From the NCBI GenBank assembly GCA_963836755.1, contig CAWIKF010000002.1, positions 768,001 to 832,000 on the forward strand: a stretch of DNA of 64,000 nucleotides, in the 5' to 3' direction. Made by a program: the position numbers and the translations under genes. Shown here piece by piece: positions 1 through 8,957 of this stretch (within the stretch, counting starts at the first letter, position 1; each line of letters opens with the position of its first letter). A model generated the notes under the pieces. It did no database searches. It was not told the origin of the DNA and saw nothing but the letters and a program-made list of their open reading frames with translations. Origin of the DNA: an uncultured Verrucomicrobiae bacterium (GTDB taxonomy: Bacteria > Verrucomicrobiota > Verrucomicrobiia > Chthoniobacterales > Chthoniobacteraceae).

Positions 1-25
1 GCGCCACCCTAAAGAGGGGTGGCTG

Positions 26-259
26 ATGCGGCACTACTATTGGATGTGCTGGTCTTACGTCGGCCTTTGCTCCGCCTTCGTCGCAGAGGCTACGACTCGT
101 GTGGTCATGCCTTATGTTTATGGTCGCTTCGGTTTGCACTCGATGTCATTATTCTGGATCATGGTCGCAGTGGCGTCCTGTGCAGTAACTATCCCGGGAG
201 CATATTTTGTTGAGCGGAACCGGAAACTAATCAAAGTGTTTCAACACAAAATCGCCTAA
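26..259 (+). CDS. small hydrophobic hypothetical protein
   Basis: 77-aa ORF with two hydrophobic stretches; no recognisable motif. Confidence 0.3.
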   Translation: MRHYYWMCWSYVGLCSAFVAEATTRVVMPYVYGRFGLHSMSLFWIMVAVASCAVTIPGAYFVERNRKLIKVFQHKIA

Positions 260-290
260 CCATGCGCTGTAGCGAATCGCTCCGTGCGAC

Positions 291-1139
291 TTAGTGGGCG
301 GTTTTTGGAACCGCGATCGCGTCGAAATTTGCTGCGAGCTGTTGTAGGGCGGCGAGCATTTGCGGTCCCTGCATCGCGTGGCCATGACCGGTAATGACCA
401 CCTCCGGTTCGAGGGCGGCGAGACGTTGCACCGAGGCACGCGCGGAATCCCAATCCGGTGTGAAATACATCGGCGGCCCGTGCATTTCCGGCGTCTGCAT
501 CGCGACGGCGTAGGCGGATTCCTGCCGCGTGGTGATGAACGCGTCGGCCGCGAGCAGCACGCGATCGCCTTCGCGCCAGAATGCTACCTGTCCCGGCGTA
601 TGCCCCGGGACATGGATCCAGCGCCAGCCCGGCATGTGCGGCACCGTGCCATCGGCGGGCAGAGGCTGCAGCCAGCGGCTCACATCGTAAGGAGCGCGCG
701 GATAAAGTGGTGAAAGTAACGCCATCAAGCCGCCGCCGACGCTCGGGTCCGCCGGTGGATAGGAGGTGGTGCCGTTCAGGTAGGGGAGCTCGAGCCGGTG
801 CGCGAAAATCGGCACATCCCATTCCTCTGCCAAGGCCTCGAGTGCTCCGGCGTGGTCGAAATGTCCGTGTGTCATGAGAATGGCGGCAGGGCGTGCGCCT
901 TTGCCGAAGCGTTCTGCCGCCGCGCTGCGAATCATGCCAGCGGTGCCTGCGAACCCGGCATCGATCAGGACCCAGTTCTCCGGACCGGCGTTGGCTTTGC
1001 CGTAAAAGGCGACGTTGACGATGCCGAGTCTTTTGTAAGCGACGTCGGAAACGATTTCGCGCGTGTGATCGTCGCGCCTCTCATCGGCCGCTGGATTGTC
1101 CGCGAAAGAAGAAGAGTCGAGTGGAATTTGATCGTTCAT
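291..1139 (-). CDS. MBL-fold metallo-hydrolase
   Basis: LIDAG, THGHFDHAG (HxHxDH), PGHTPG and final GHG motifs; start placed at MNDQIPL (ORF track extends to 1223). Confidence 0.88.
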   Translation of the reverse strand: MNDQIPLDSSSFADNPAADERRDDHTREIVSDVAYKRLGIVNVAFYGKANAGPENWVLIDAGFAGTAGMIRSAAAERFGKGARPAAILMTHGHFDHAGALEALAEEWDVPIFAHRLELPYLNGTTSYPPADPSVGGGLMALLSPLYPRAPYDVSRWLQPLPADGTVPHMPGWRWIHVPGHTPGQVAFWREGDRVLLAADAFITTRQESAYAVAMQTPEMHGPPMYFTPDWDSARASVQRLAALEPEVVITGHGHAMQGPQMLAALQQLAANFDAIAVPKTAH

Positions 1140-1343
1140 ACCGAGGAAAAACGCGATCCACGCCGGCTTCGGATGGAGAGAAAGTTCGAGCCCTCTCAAC
1201 CGGCTGACGAAAGAGACTAACATGGAAGTGCGCCGTGCCGAGCGGCCCGCAGCCTCGCCGTGGAGCCGCTTCAGCGGCCGTCACGGCTTGGATTGCGCTT
1301 GATGGCGGATGGCTGGTGGCTGATGGTGGAAGTTCCGCTCCGT

Positions 1344-4331
1344 ATGCACTCTACGCCGACCTCGAGCTGCTTGTTTAGCCGCCGCCTTTTCCTCGCGGCG
1401 TTTCTTTTCCTGCAGCTCGCTCGGGTCTATTCTCAAGGCAGCGGGGGCGAAATCTTCCCTCCGAAGGCAGCGGCACAGGAGGCGATTCACTGGGACAACG
1501 GCTACTTTGTCATCAACGGCAAGCCCACCTTTGTCAGCTCCGGCTCCATTCATTATTCGCGAGTCGCTCGGGAGTTGTGGCGCGACCGCATCTGGCGCCT
1601 CCAGATGATGGGTTTTAACGCCGTTCAGTCCTACGTGTTCTGGAACGCGTCCGAGCCGAAGGAAGGGCAGTGGGATTTCAGCGACAACACCGATCTCGAC
1701 GCCTGGCTTTCGCTCATCAAGGAGATGAACATGCTCGCCCTGGTGCGCGTGGGGCCGTATGCCTGCGCGGAGTGGGAGATGGGCGGCTACCCTGCGTGGG
1801 TGATGGTGAAGCCCGGGATGATTGGGCGTGAAATGGGGCCGTCATTGGCGTTTTCCAACCCGCATCTCGACGCGGTGGAGAAGATCGTGGCCAAGCATCA
1901 GCTGAATCACGACGGCAGCGTGTTCATGGTTCAGCTTGAAAACGAGCATGTGAATGGCTGGGGGACGCAGGTTATTGATCCCTACCTTAAATATCTGGAC
2001 GATCAGGCCGACCGAAACGGGATCGAGGTGCCCACCTTCAACTCCGGCCTCCACCACGGCACCGACCCCTCTGGCGAATCCCCATTTCGGGTCGATCCAT
2101 CGCCCTGGTATAGCACGGAATTCTGGACCGACTACGCGGGCCACTATGGAGACATGGGGAAGAACCGGTTCGAGGAAAAGATTCGCGGCACCTGGAAGGT
2201 CATCGCGTTCGGCGGCGCCGGCTACAACTACTACATGGCACATGGGGGCACGAATTTCGGCTACTCCGGCGACGGGAGTTACCCCGGCGTCTCCTATGAT
2301 TATTCCGCGCCGATCGGCGAAGCGGGGCAGTTGCACAACTTCTATTTTCCCGCCCGCCGCGCAGCCTATTTCGCGCAAAGCTTCACGCCCCTGTTGGCCG
2401 GCAGCCATAATGATCCGACGCTTGCTACCTGCGACCAATCGGCGCTGCGAGTGACCGCTCGCACCAATCCGACGCAAGGCAGCTTCATCCTGCTCGATCA
2501 TTTCGCGCACGGGCTCGCATTGGGGGCTGCCAAAACGCCTTCTTCCGATCCCGAGATCGCGCTGGAGACGCGTGTGACGGTGGATGGGTTGACTTTGCCG
2601 CACAAGGGGAGCTTGAAAGTGGCCGTGGTCGAACCGCGGACGATTCTACTACACGTGCCGTGGACTTTAAACGCCTCGTTCGAGTCGATCTGCACCAACG
2701 TTCTAGCGCGCCGGACGATCGGCCAGACCGACTATTGGATCTGCTACGGCCCAGCCGGTGATCCGGGTGAGGTGACGCTCAAGCTGAAAACGCCGGCGGC
2801 ACGTCCAAGCCAGTTTGACTTTACCTACCCCCGTGGCGATGCCGTCTCCGAGATCAAGCTCGATTCGGGCGACGGACACGACGCTGTCCTGCTTGTCATG
2901 AACACCGAGACGACGAACCGCACGTGGCTGGCGCACGACAAGATTTACGTCGGGCCCTCGTTTGTTTTGGAGAATGGTAGTCTCGAATTTCCGCCGGAGG
3001 GCGGCAAAGCGACCATCTACGCCGCGTCGGGAAAATCGGAAATGACCCAGCCTCCGGTCACAATTCCCGATCTTCCCGCGCTCGCAAATTGGTCGTGGCG
3101 CGATGCCGCGCCGGAACGCGGTGCCGAGGTCGATACAGCGAAGTGGCTTTCTTCTGCCGGCCCGCAGCCGATGGAGACCTATGACAGTTTCCAGAACCGC
3201 TACGGTTGGTATCGGACTACGCTGCGTGCGGATAAGGCTGGTCCGGTATCCCTTCACTTCGGCGGCCAATCGGGAACCTTTATCCCATACCTCAACGGCG
3301 AACCGGGCACCACGACCACGCTGCACTACGGCCAATCCGGCTTTCTCACGTTTCCAAACGCAAAGCCGGCAGACAACAGTCTCGCCATTCTCGTGAAGGC
3401 GTCCCCCCGCTCCAAAAATGTCTTCCGTGATCTTGTCGGTATGCGCACGGCGCGCGGCGTTTGGGGCGGCGTCTCGGCTGACGCCGCGTCTACTCCGGTC
3501 GATGTCCGCTGGAAAAAATGGGAAAAGGTCGCCAAGGGCGCCGACGCCGCGTTGCTCGCCAAGCCCGACTACGACGATTCGGCTTGGACGACAGTGGATC
3601 CATCCGCTCTCGCGATCACCACGCAACCCGGCGACTCCTGGTATCGCGGCACCTTCAACGTCACGCCGGACCGCGTCGACTCAATGCTGCAGTCACCCCA
3701 TTTCAATCCGCCTCCGGCCCCGAAGGGAAAACGAGGCCCGGCTCCACCCGACGTCGTCGCCTATCTCAACGGTCAGTTGCTGTCGGACCACACCGCGGAC
3801 GTTTCAAAGCTCCTTAGCGCAAGCAAGAACACCGTGCTCGTCAACATCCACAGCCTTCTGGGTGGCGACTCCGGCCGGCTCGGCTTGAGCCTTTGGCATA
3901 ACTCTCCGCTGGCGCACGCCACCTGGCACTTTCACGGCGGCCTTGCTGATCTCGATGAAACCGCCGTCATCGGGCGCGTGACTAACTGGAGCGATTTTCT
4001 GTCGCACCGGCCGTGGCAAGCCGCAGCGTCCGCGCTGCCTAACCAGCCTGCGTTTTGGAAATGCACCTTCACCTTTCATAAGGCACCCAGCGCATTCCAA
4101 ACCGTGGGTCTTGTCACCACCGGGCTAAAGGCCGGCAACGCCTGGCTTAACGGCCACAACCTCGGCGAATCGCCGCAAACGGTTCCCATGTATATGCCCG
4201 AATGTTGGCTGAAGGAAGGCGATAACGACCTTGTTGTCCTGGATATCTATGGCCATAAACCTAACCAGTTGAAGCTCACCCGCTACGAAGCCTTCGCTGT
4301 CAGCCCTCCGTCGCCCGCTCCTCGACCGTGA
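1344..4331 (+). CDS. secreted GH35 beta-galactosidase-family glycoside hydrolase
   Basis: SGSIHYSR, YVFWN, RVGPYACAEWEMGGYPAW, QLENE, NYYMAHGGTNFG and SYDYSAPIGE motifs; signal-peptide-like N-terminus; start uncertain (1260 or 1344). Confidence 0.9.
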   Translation: MHSTPTSSCLFSRRLFLAAFLFLQLARVYSQGSGGEIFPPKAAAQEAIHWDNGYFVINGKPTFVSSGSIHYSRVARELWRDRIWRLQMMGFNAVQSYVFWNASEPKEGQWDFSDNTDLDAWLSLIKEMNMLALVRVGPYACAEWEMGGYPAWVMVKPGMIGREMGPSLAFSNPHLDAVEKIVAKHQLNHDGSVFMVQLENEHVNGWGTQVIDPYLKYLDDQADRNGIEVPTFNSGLHHGTDPSGESPFRVDPSPWYSTEFWTDYAGHYGDMGKNRFEEKIRGTWKVIAFGGAGYNYYMAHGGTNFGYSGDGSYPGVSYDYSAPIGEAGQLHNFYFPARRAAYFAQSFTPLLAGSHNDPTLATCDQSALRVTARTNPTQGSFILLDHFAHGLALGAAKTPSSDPEIALETRVTVDGLTLPHKGSLKVAVVEPRTILLHVPWTLNASFESICTNVLARRTIGQTDYWICYGPAGDPGEVTLKLKTPAARPSQFDFTYPRGDAVSEIKLDSGDGHDAVLLVMNTETTNRTWLAHDKIYVGPSFVLENGSLEFPPEGGKATIYAASGKSEMTQPPVTIPDLPALANWSWRDAAPERGAEVDTAKWLSSAGPQPMETYDSFQNRYGWYRTTLRADKAGPVSLHFGGQSGTFIPYLNGEPGTTTTLHYGQSGFLTFPNAKPADNSLAILVKASPRSKNVFRDLVGMRTARGVWGGVSADAASTPVDVRWKKWEKVAKGADAALLAKPDYDDSAWTTVDPSALAITTQPGDSWYRGTFNVTPDRVDSMLQSPHFNPPPAPKGKRGPAPPDVVAYLNGQLLSDHTADVSKLLSASKNTVLVNIHSLLGGDSGRLGLSLWHNSPLAHATWHFHGGLADLDETAVIGRVTNWSDFLSHRPWQAAASALPNQPAFWKCTFTFHKAPSAFQTVGLVTTGLKAGNAWLNGHNLGESPQTVPMYMPECWLKEGDNDLVVLDIYGHKPNQLKLTRYEAFAVSPPSPAPRP

Positions 4332-4606
4332 TAGGTTCGGCCCGCGAACTTACGGTCCTGCGAGTGGCGGCCATGAGGGCGAATTTGACGACAAGTTCAT
4401 GAACAACGATTCATCCGGAAAACGCCGGTGGAGAAAGCTCTTTTAGCATGTCGCCGGACGGCCAGTGGAGCGTTACGCTCGACCCGCTCACGGCTTCCTA
4501 GCAGTCTTAACTTGAAAATCTACTCGAGACGACACCATAGTCGGACCCACTCATCATTATTTCAAGTTTGGCCGCGTCTTTCCTCCGAGAGATTCCTTTA
4601 TAGATC

Positions 4607-6262
4607 ATGAGACTACCTTGCATGTCCCCCATACAAAAGCTCGGCTTCTTCCTTTCCTCCCTCGTCTTCTTATGGCATCCGGTCGAGGTCAATGCGCAAA
4701 TGGTTTACCCACCGGAAACCAAGGCCATTCCCATCCCCAAGATGGACGACTTGCCTCTGACCGAAGGTCCATTCAAGGGAACGCCGGACTCGCTCAAGCA
4801 GTTCCAGTGTCCCGACTGGTTTCGCGATGGGAAATTTGGCATTTGGGCTCACTGGGGTCCTCAAGCCGTGGCCGGAGACGGCGATTGGTATGCCCGGCAG
4901 CTGTATATGGATGTCCAGAGATATGGCCACAACGCTTATCAGAGTCATCTGAAACTATATGGTCATCCTTCCCAAGTGGGTTACAAGGACATCCTGCCGC
5001 TTTGGAAGGCGGAGAAGTGGGATCCGGACCACCTGATGCAACTCTACAAGGCGGCCGGGGCTCACTACTTTGTCGCACAGGCGGTGCACCACGACAACTT
5101 TGACAACTGGGATTCCAAATATCACAAATGGAACTCTGTCAATATTGGCCCGCATAAGGATATCATTGGCCTCTGGCAGGCGGCGGCGAAGAAACAGGAT
5201 TTACCTTTCGGCGTTTCGGAACATCTCGGCCACAGCTTTACTTTCATGCAAGCCTCCCACGGCGCGGACAAAGTTGGCCCCTTCGCCGGTGTGCCCTACG
5301 ATGGCGCCGCTCCTGCCAACTGGGACCTCTATCAGGTGCCGGCCAAGCCCGGCGACACCGGTTGGTATAGCAACGATCCCCGATGGGCGCAGGAGTGGTA
5401 TGCGCGCATCTACGACTTGGTCACGCGCTACCAGCCCGACCTGCTTTATAGTGACGGCGGATTGCCCTACGGGGAAGCGGGGCAGGACATCGTGGCCCAG
5501 CTCTATAACCTGAGTATCCAGAGGCATGGAGGAAAACAGGAGGCAGTCTATTGCTGCAAAAAAAACTACAATAGGACGAACTTTATTGATGGGTCATGCG
5601 TGCAGGATCTTGAGCGCGGAATCATGACGGATATCCAGCCTTCGCCGTGGCAGACCGACACTTCTACTGGGGAGTGGTTCTGGGTTCCCAACGACCGCTA
5701 TCGGTCCAGCGACGACATCATTCATAGCTTGACAGACATCGTAAGTAAAAACGGCAACCTTCTTCTCAACGTCACCCTGCTGCCGGATGGAAGCCTTCCT
5801 CCGCCCATGGAGACGCTCCTCAGTGATTTGACCGACTGGATGAAGATCAACGGTGAGGCTATTTTCAGCACGCGCCCTTGGACGGTATACGGTGAAGGTC
5901 CGGCTGGATCCAAAGGAGGAGCGTTTCATGAGAGTTTCAAATTCAGCGGCAAAGATATTCGTTTCACCAGCAAGGATGGAGACCTTTACGCTACCACGCT
6001 CGGCTTGCCAACCGGGCCGGTGGTGATTCGTGCCTTGGCCCTAGGCTCTCTGCTCGTGAAGGGAAAACCAAGCTCCGTGACGCTCTTGGGAAACGCGCAA
6101 AAGCTGCAGTGGTCGCGCACTTTTGATGGACTCGTCATTCAACTGCCGTCCTCCCTGCCGTGTAAATCGGCTTTAAGTTTCAAGATCAGCGGCCTGACCA
6201 CGGTTTCTAATCCCGACCCCGTCGCATTGGCGGCGTTGAAGAGTCGCTTAAGCCAACCTTAG
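4607..6262 (+). CDS. GH29 alpha-L-fucosidase
   Basis: PDWFRDGKFGIWAHWG, HHDNF, YQPDLLYSDG, DIVSKNGNLLLNV and NGEAIFSTRPW motifs. Confidence 0.92.
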   Translation: MRLPCMSPIQKLGFFLSSLVFLWHPVEVNAQMVYPPETKAIPIPKMDDLPLTEGPFKGTPDSLKQFQCPDWFRDGKFGIWAHWGPQAVAGDGDWYARQLYMDVQRYGHNAYQSHLKLYGHPSQVGYKDILPLWKAEKWDPDHLMQLYKAAGAHYFVAQAVHHDNFDNWDSKYHKWNSVNIGPHKDIIGLWQAAAKKQDLPFGVSEHLGHSFTFMQASHGADKVGPFAGVPYDGAAPANWDLYQVPAKPGDTGWYSNDPRWAQEWYARIYDLVTRYQPDLLYSDGGLPYGEAGQDIVAQLYNLSIQRHGGKQEAVYCCKKNYNRTNFIDGSCVQDLERGIMTDIQPSPWQTDTSTGEWFWVPNDRYRSSDDIIHSLTDIVSKNGNLLLNVTLLPDGSLPPPMETLLSDLTDWMKINGEAIFSTRPWTVYGEGPAGSKGGAFHESFKFSGKDIRFTSKDGDLYATTLGLPTGPVVIRALALGSLLVKGKPSSVTLLGNAQKLQWSRTFDGLVIQLPSSLPCKSALSFKISGLTTVSNPDPVALAALKSRLSQP

Positions 6263-6541
6263 CAGAAAATCGGCGGGCGATAAGGGCTGCGGCTTTCGAG
6301 CACAAGGCTCTCCGGTGGCGCGCAACAACCCGTGGCAACATGGCGAAGGGCCTATTCGATCCCGCGGGTTGGCCGCGACTTTGCCCGGACTACGTCCGCT
6401 GTTACCGTTCTCGTTCCCCTTTGTGTTCTCGATGGATTGAGAATGACAATAACGCAGAGGCATGCGTTACTTCGACGGGGGTCGAACCTCTTCAAATTCT
6501 GTGTGTCACCAGACAACGGAACTAACCGACCCGCTTTCCCC

Positions 6542-7870
6542 ATGATTAAAAGTAGAGAATCAAAGCAGACAGAAACGGCCGCTGGACCGTTCATCTCAAA
6601 AATGCACCACGTTCGTTGGTGGATCGCGGGATTGATTTTTCTCGCGACGGTGATCAACCTTATTGATCGCCTTTCAGTTTCGGTGTTGGCACCGGTAATC
6701 CGCCAGCAACTTCATCTCACCAACCTTCTCTATGCTGAAGTTGGCACGTGCTTCCTGCTTGCTTATACGATCAGCCAGGGGCTCTCCGGGCTGATGCATG
6801 ATCGCATTGGAGCCAAGCGAGGCTTTGCCGTATCGATCACCGTGTGGTCGACCGCCGCTCTTTTGCACGCGTTTGCTGCTGGTTTCACCAGTTTATGTTT
6901 CTTTCGGATTTTGCTTGGTCTAGGCGAGGGTGGAAATTGGCCTGGTGCGATCAAAGTTATTACCGATTGGTTCCCGCGCCGCGAACGAGCCTTTGCGCTG
7001 GGCATTGTCAATGGCGGCTCCTCAGTCGGTGCCATTGTTGCTCCACCGGTTATCGTTTGGCTTCAATTGCAATTCGGATGGCAGTCTGCATTTTTGGCGA
7101 CAGGATTCCTAGGCTACATTTGGCTGGTGGTCTGGTTAATTTTCTACCGACCGTGTGAGGAACATCCCCGCGTCACCACCGAGGAGCTAAATCACATCCG
7201 TGAAAACCAAGGGCATACCCGAGGAGAACGTGCAGAAGGGGATAAATCATGTCCGCATCGCTGGACTACGCTTTTGACGATGCGTCCAGTCTGGGCTGTT
7301 GTCCTCGCACGCTTCTTCGTGGACCCGATCTGGTGGCTTTATATTCTCTGGCTGCCGGAGTATTTGAATAAGTCCCGCGGTATCAGCCTACAGCAAATAG
7401 GCGTGCTCGCACCCCTTCCGTTCATTGCTGCTGGTTTGGGTGGGCTTGTGGGCGGAGGCGCTTCCGGTTACTTGATCGGGCGAGGGTGGAGTGTAAACCG
7501 GGCCCGCAAGAGCGTAATCCTTTTTGCAGCATGCCTGATGCCCTTCGGGATCTTTGCAGCAAACGCGCAAACGACCGTTTCGGCCTTGATCTGGATAAGC
7601 GTCGTCACGTTTGGTTTTCAGGTTTGGATCAATAATGTGCAGATTCTGCCATCGGATATTTTTGCTTCTTCTCAAGTGGCTAGCGTCGCTGGCCTCGGTG
7701 GCGTTGGTGCTGGAATCGGCAGCATGGCCTTCACCATGACGACGGGGTGGGTCGTGGACCATTTTTCGTATACTCCGATCCTCATCACCGCTGGGATTCT
7801 CGGCCCGCTCGGCACGATCGTTCTCATAGCCTTGTTGGGCCGGATCGAACCCGTTCAGAACGAGCATTAG
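6542..7870 (+). CDS. MFS sugar-acid transporter (ExuT/ACS-like)
   Basis: RWWI...INLIDR, RILLGLGEGGNWP and WFPRRERA motifs; about 12 hydrophobic segments. Confidence 0.88.
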   Translation: MIKSRESKQTETAAGPFISKMHHVRWWIAGLIFLATVINLIDRLSVSVLAPVIRQQLHLTNLLYAEVGTCFLLAYTISQGLSGLMHDRIGAKRGFAVSITVWSTAALLHAFAAGFTSLCFFRILLGLGEGGNWPGAIKVITDWFPRRERAFALGIVNGGSSVGAIVAPPVIVWLQLQFGWQSAFLATGFLGYIWLVVWLIFYRPCEEHPRVTTEELNHIRENQGHTRGERAEGDKSCPHRWTTLLTMRPVWAVVLARFFVDPIWWLYILWLPEYLNKSRGISLQQIGVLAPLPFIAAGLGGLVGGGASGYLIGRGWSVNRARKSVILFAACLMPFGIFAANAQTTVSALIWISVVTFGFQVWINNVQILPSDIFASSQVASVAGLGGVGAGIGSMAFTMTTGWVVDHFSYTPILITAGILGPLGTIVLIALLGRIEPVQNEH

Positions 7871-7975
7871 ATCAATGGTCGGCCAGGGTGCCCTCGGGCA
7901 GCGTAGCAATCACCTCCGGCATAAGCGCAAGATGCGGTTTGCCTGAGAGGGATCGAAGTGCAACGATACCGAACG

Positions 7976-8848
7976 ATGAACGCGAAAACCACTCCGATGC
8001 TTTTAACAATAATGGCCACGCTGGTCGGAGGATCGGTGATGGCAGCCGAACCCAATCTGCCAAAGCTGGGCATTCAAGCTTGGACTTTCAACAACTTGAG
8101 CCTCTCTGAGACCATCAACAAAGCCTCCGACTTAGGTATTCACTATATGGAGATATTTCCTGGTCAAACTTTAGGCGGGAACCTAAAGGGTAAGTTGGGA
8201 CCCGATCTAGATGAAACGAACCAAAAAGCGCTCCTGGCGCTGGCCAAGAGCAAAGGCGTGACATTGGTCAGCGTTGGAGTCATTACACCTTCCGTTCAGG
8301 ATTGGCCGAAGTGGTTCGCCTTTGCTAAAGCCATGGGTCTTCAAAATATTACGAGCGAACCCCCTCAGGATACATTGCCGATCGTTGACCAACTTTCGCG
8401 GCAATACGGCATCACCGTTGCCTTCCATAATCATCCCAAGCCCTCCCGCTATTGGGATCCCGCTATCGCGTTGACAGCCTTGCGGTCATACGGCCCAAAT
8501 TTGGGAATCTGTGCCGATACCGGGCATTGGTCACGCTCGGGATTTATTCCCGTCGACTGTCTCAAGAAGGTGGAGGGTCGCATTTTGGAATGCCACTTTA
8601 AAGACCTCGATCAACAAAACGGATCGGGCCGGGATGTCGCTTGGGGGACTGGCACCTCCAACGCGAGCGGCCAACTGGCCGAATTGCGCCGTCAGGGCTT
8701 CACCGGCGTGATACTGATGGAGTATGAAAATCACCACGCAGGTTATGAGGACGATTTGCGCCGCTGCGTCACGTTCTTCAACTTAGCCATGCGAACCAGC
8801 CTCGGAGACCTCGAGGCCGGAAAAGTGCTCGCTCCCCCCATTCATTGA
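7976..8848 (+). CDS. sugar phosphate isomerase/epimerase (xylose-isomerase-like TIM barrel), probably exported
   Basis: SEP, FHNH, CADTGHW, HFKD and MEYE metal-ligand motifs; signal-peptide-like N-terminus. Confidence 0.85.
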   Translation: MNAKTTPMLLTIMATLVGGSVMAAEPNLPKLGIQAWTFNNLSLSETINKASDLGIHYMEIFPGQTLGGNLKGKLGPDLDETNQKALLALAKSKGVTLVSVGVITPSVQDWPKWFAFAKAMGLQNITSEPPQDTLPIVDQLSRQYGITVAFHNHPKPSRYWDPAIALTALRSYGPNLGICADTGHWSRSGFIPVDCLKKVEGRILECHFKDLDQQNGSGRDVAWGTGTSNASGQLAELRRQGFTGVILMEYENHHAGYEDDLRRCVTFFNLAMRTSLGDLEAGKVLAPPIH

Positions 8849-8957
8849 GCTGAGACTTACTATTAATGAGAGCGGCAGCGTGGTAACAACCATCGTAAGC
8901 CGCTCCTCAGATTGGCGCTTTGAACTCTTGTAACCAAACTATGGGAGGATTAACCTT

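Noticed and set aside
291..1139. Metallo-beta-lactamase resistance gene
   Set aside because: Generic cytoplasmic MBL-fold hydrolase with no signal peptide; there is no basis for a resistance call
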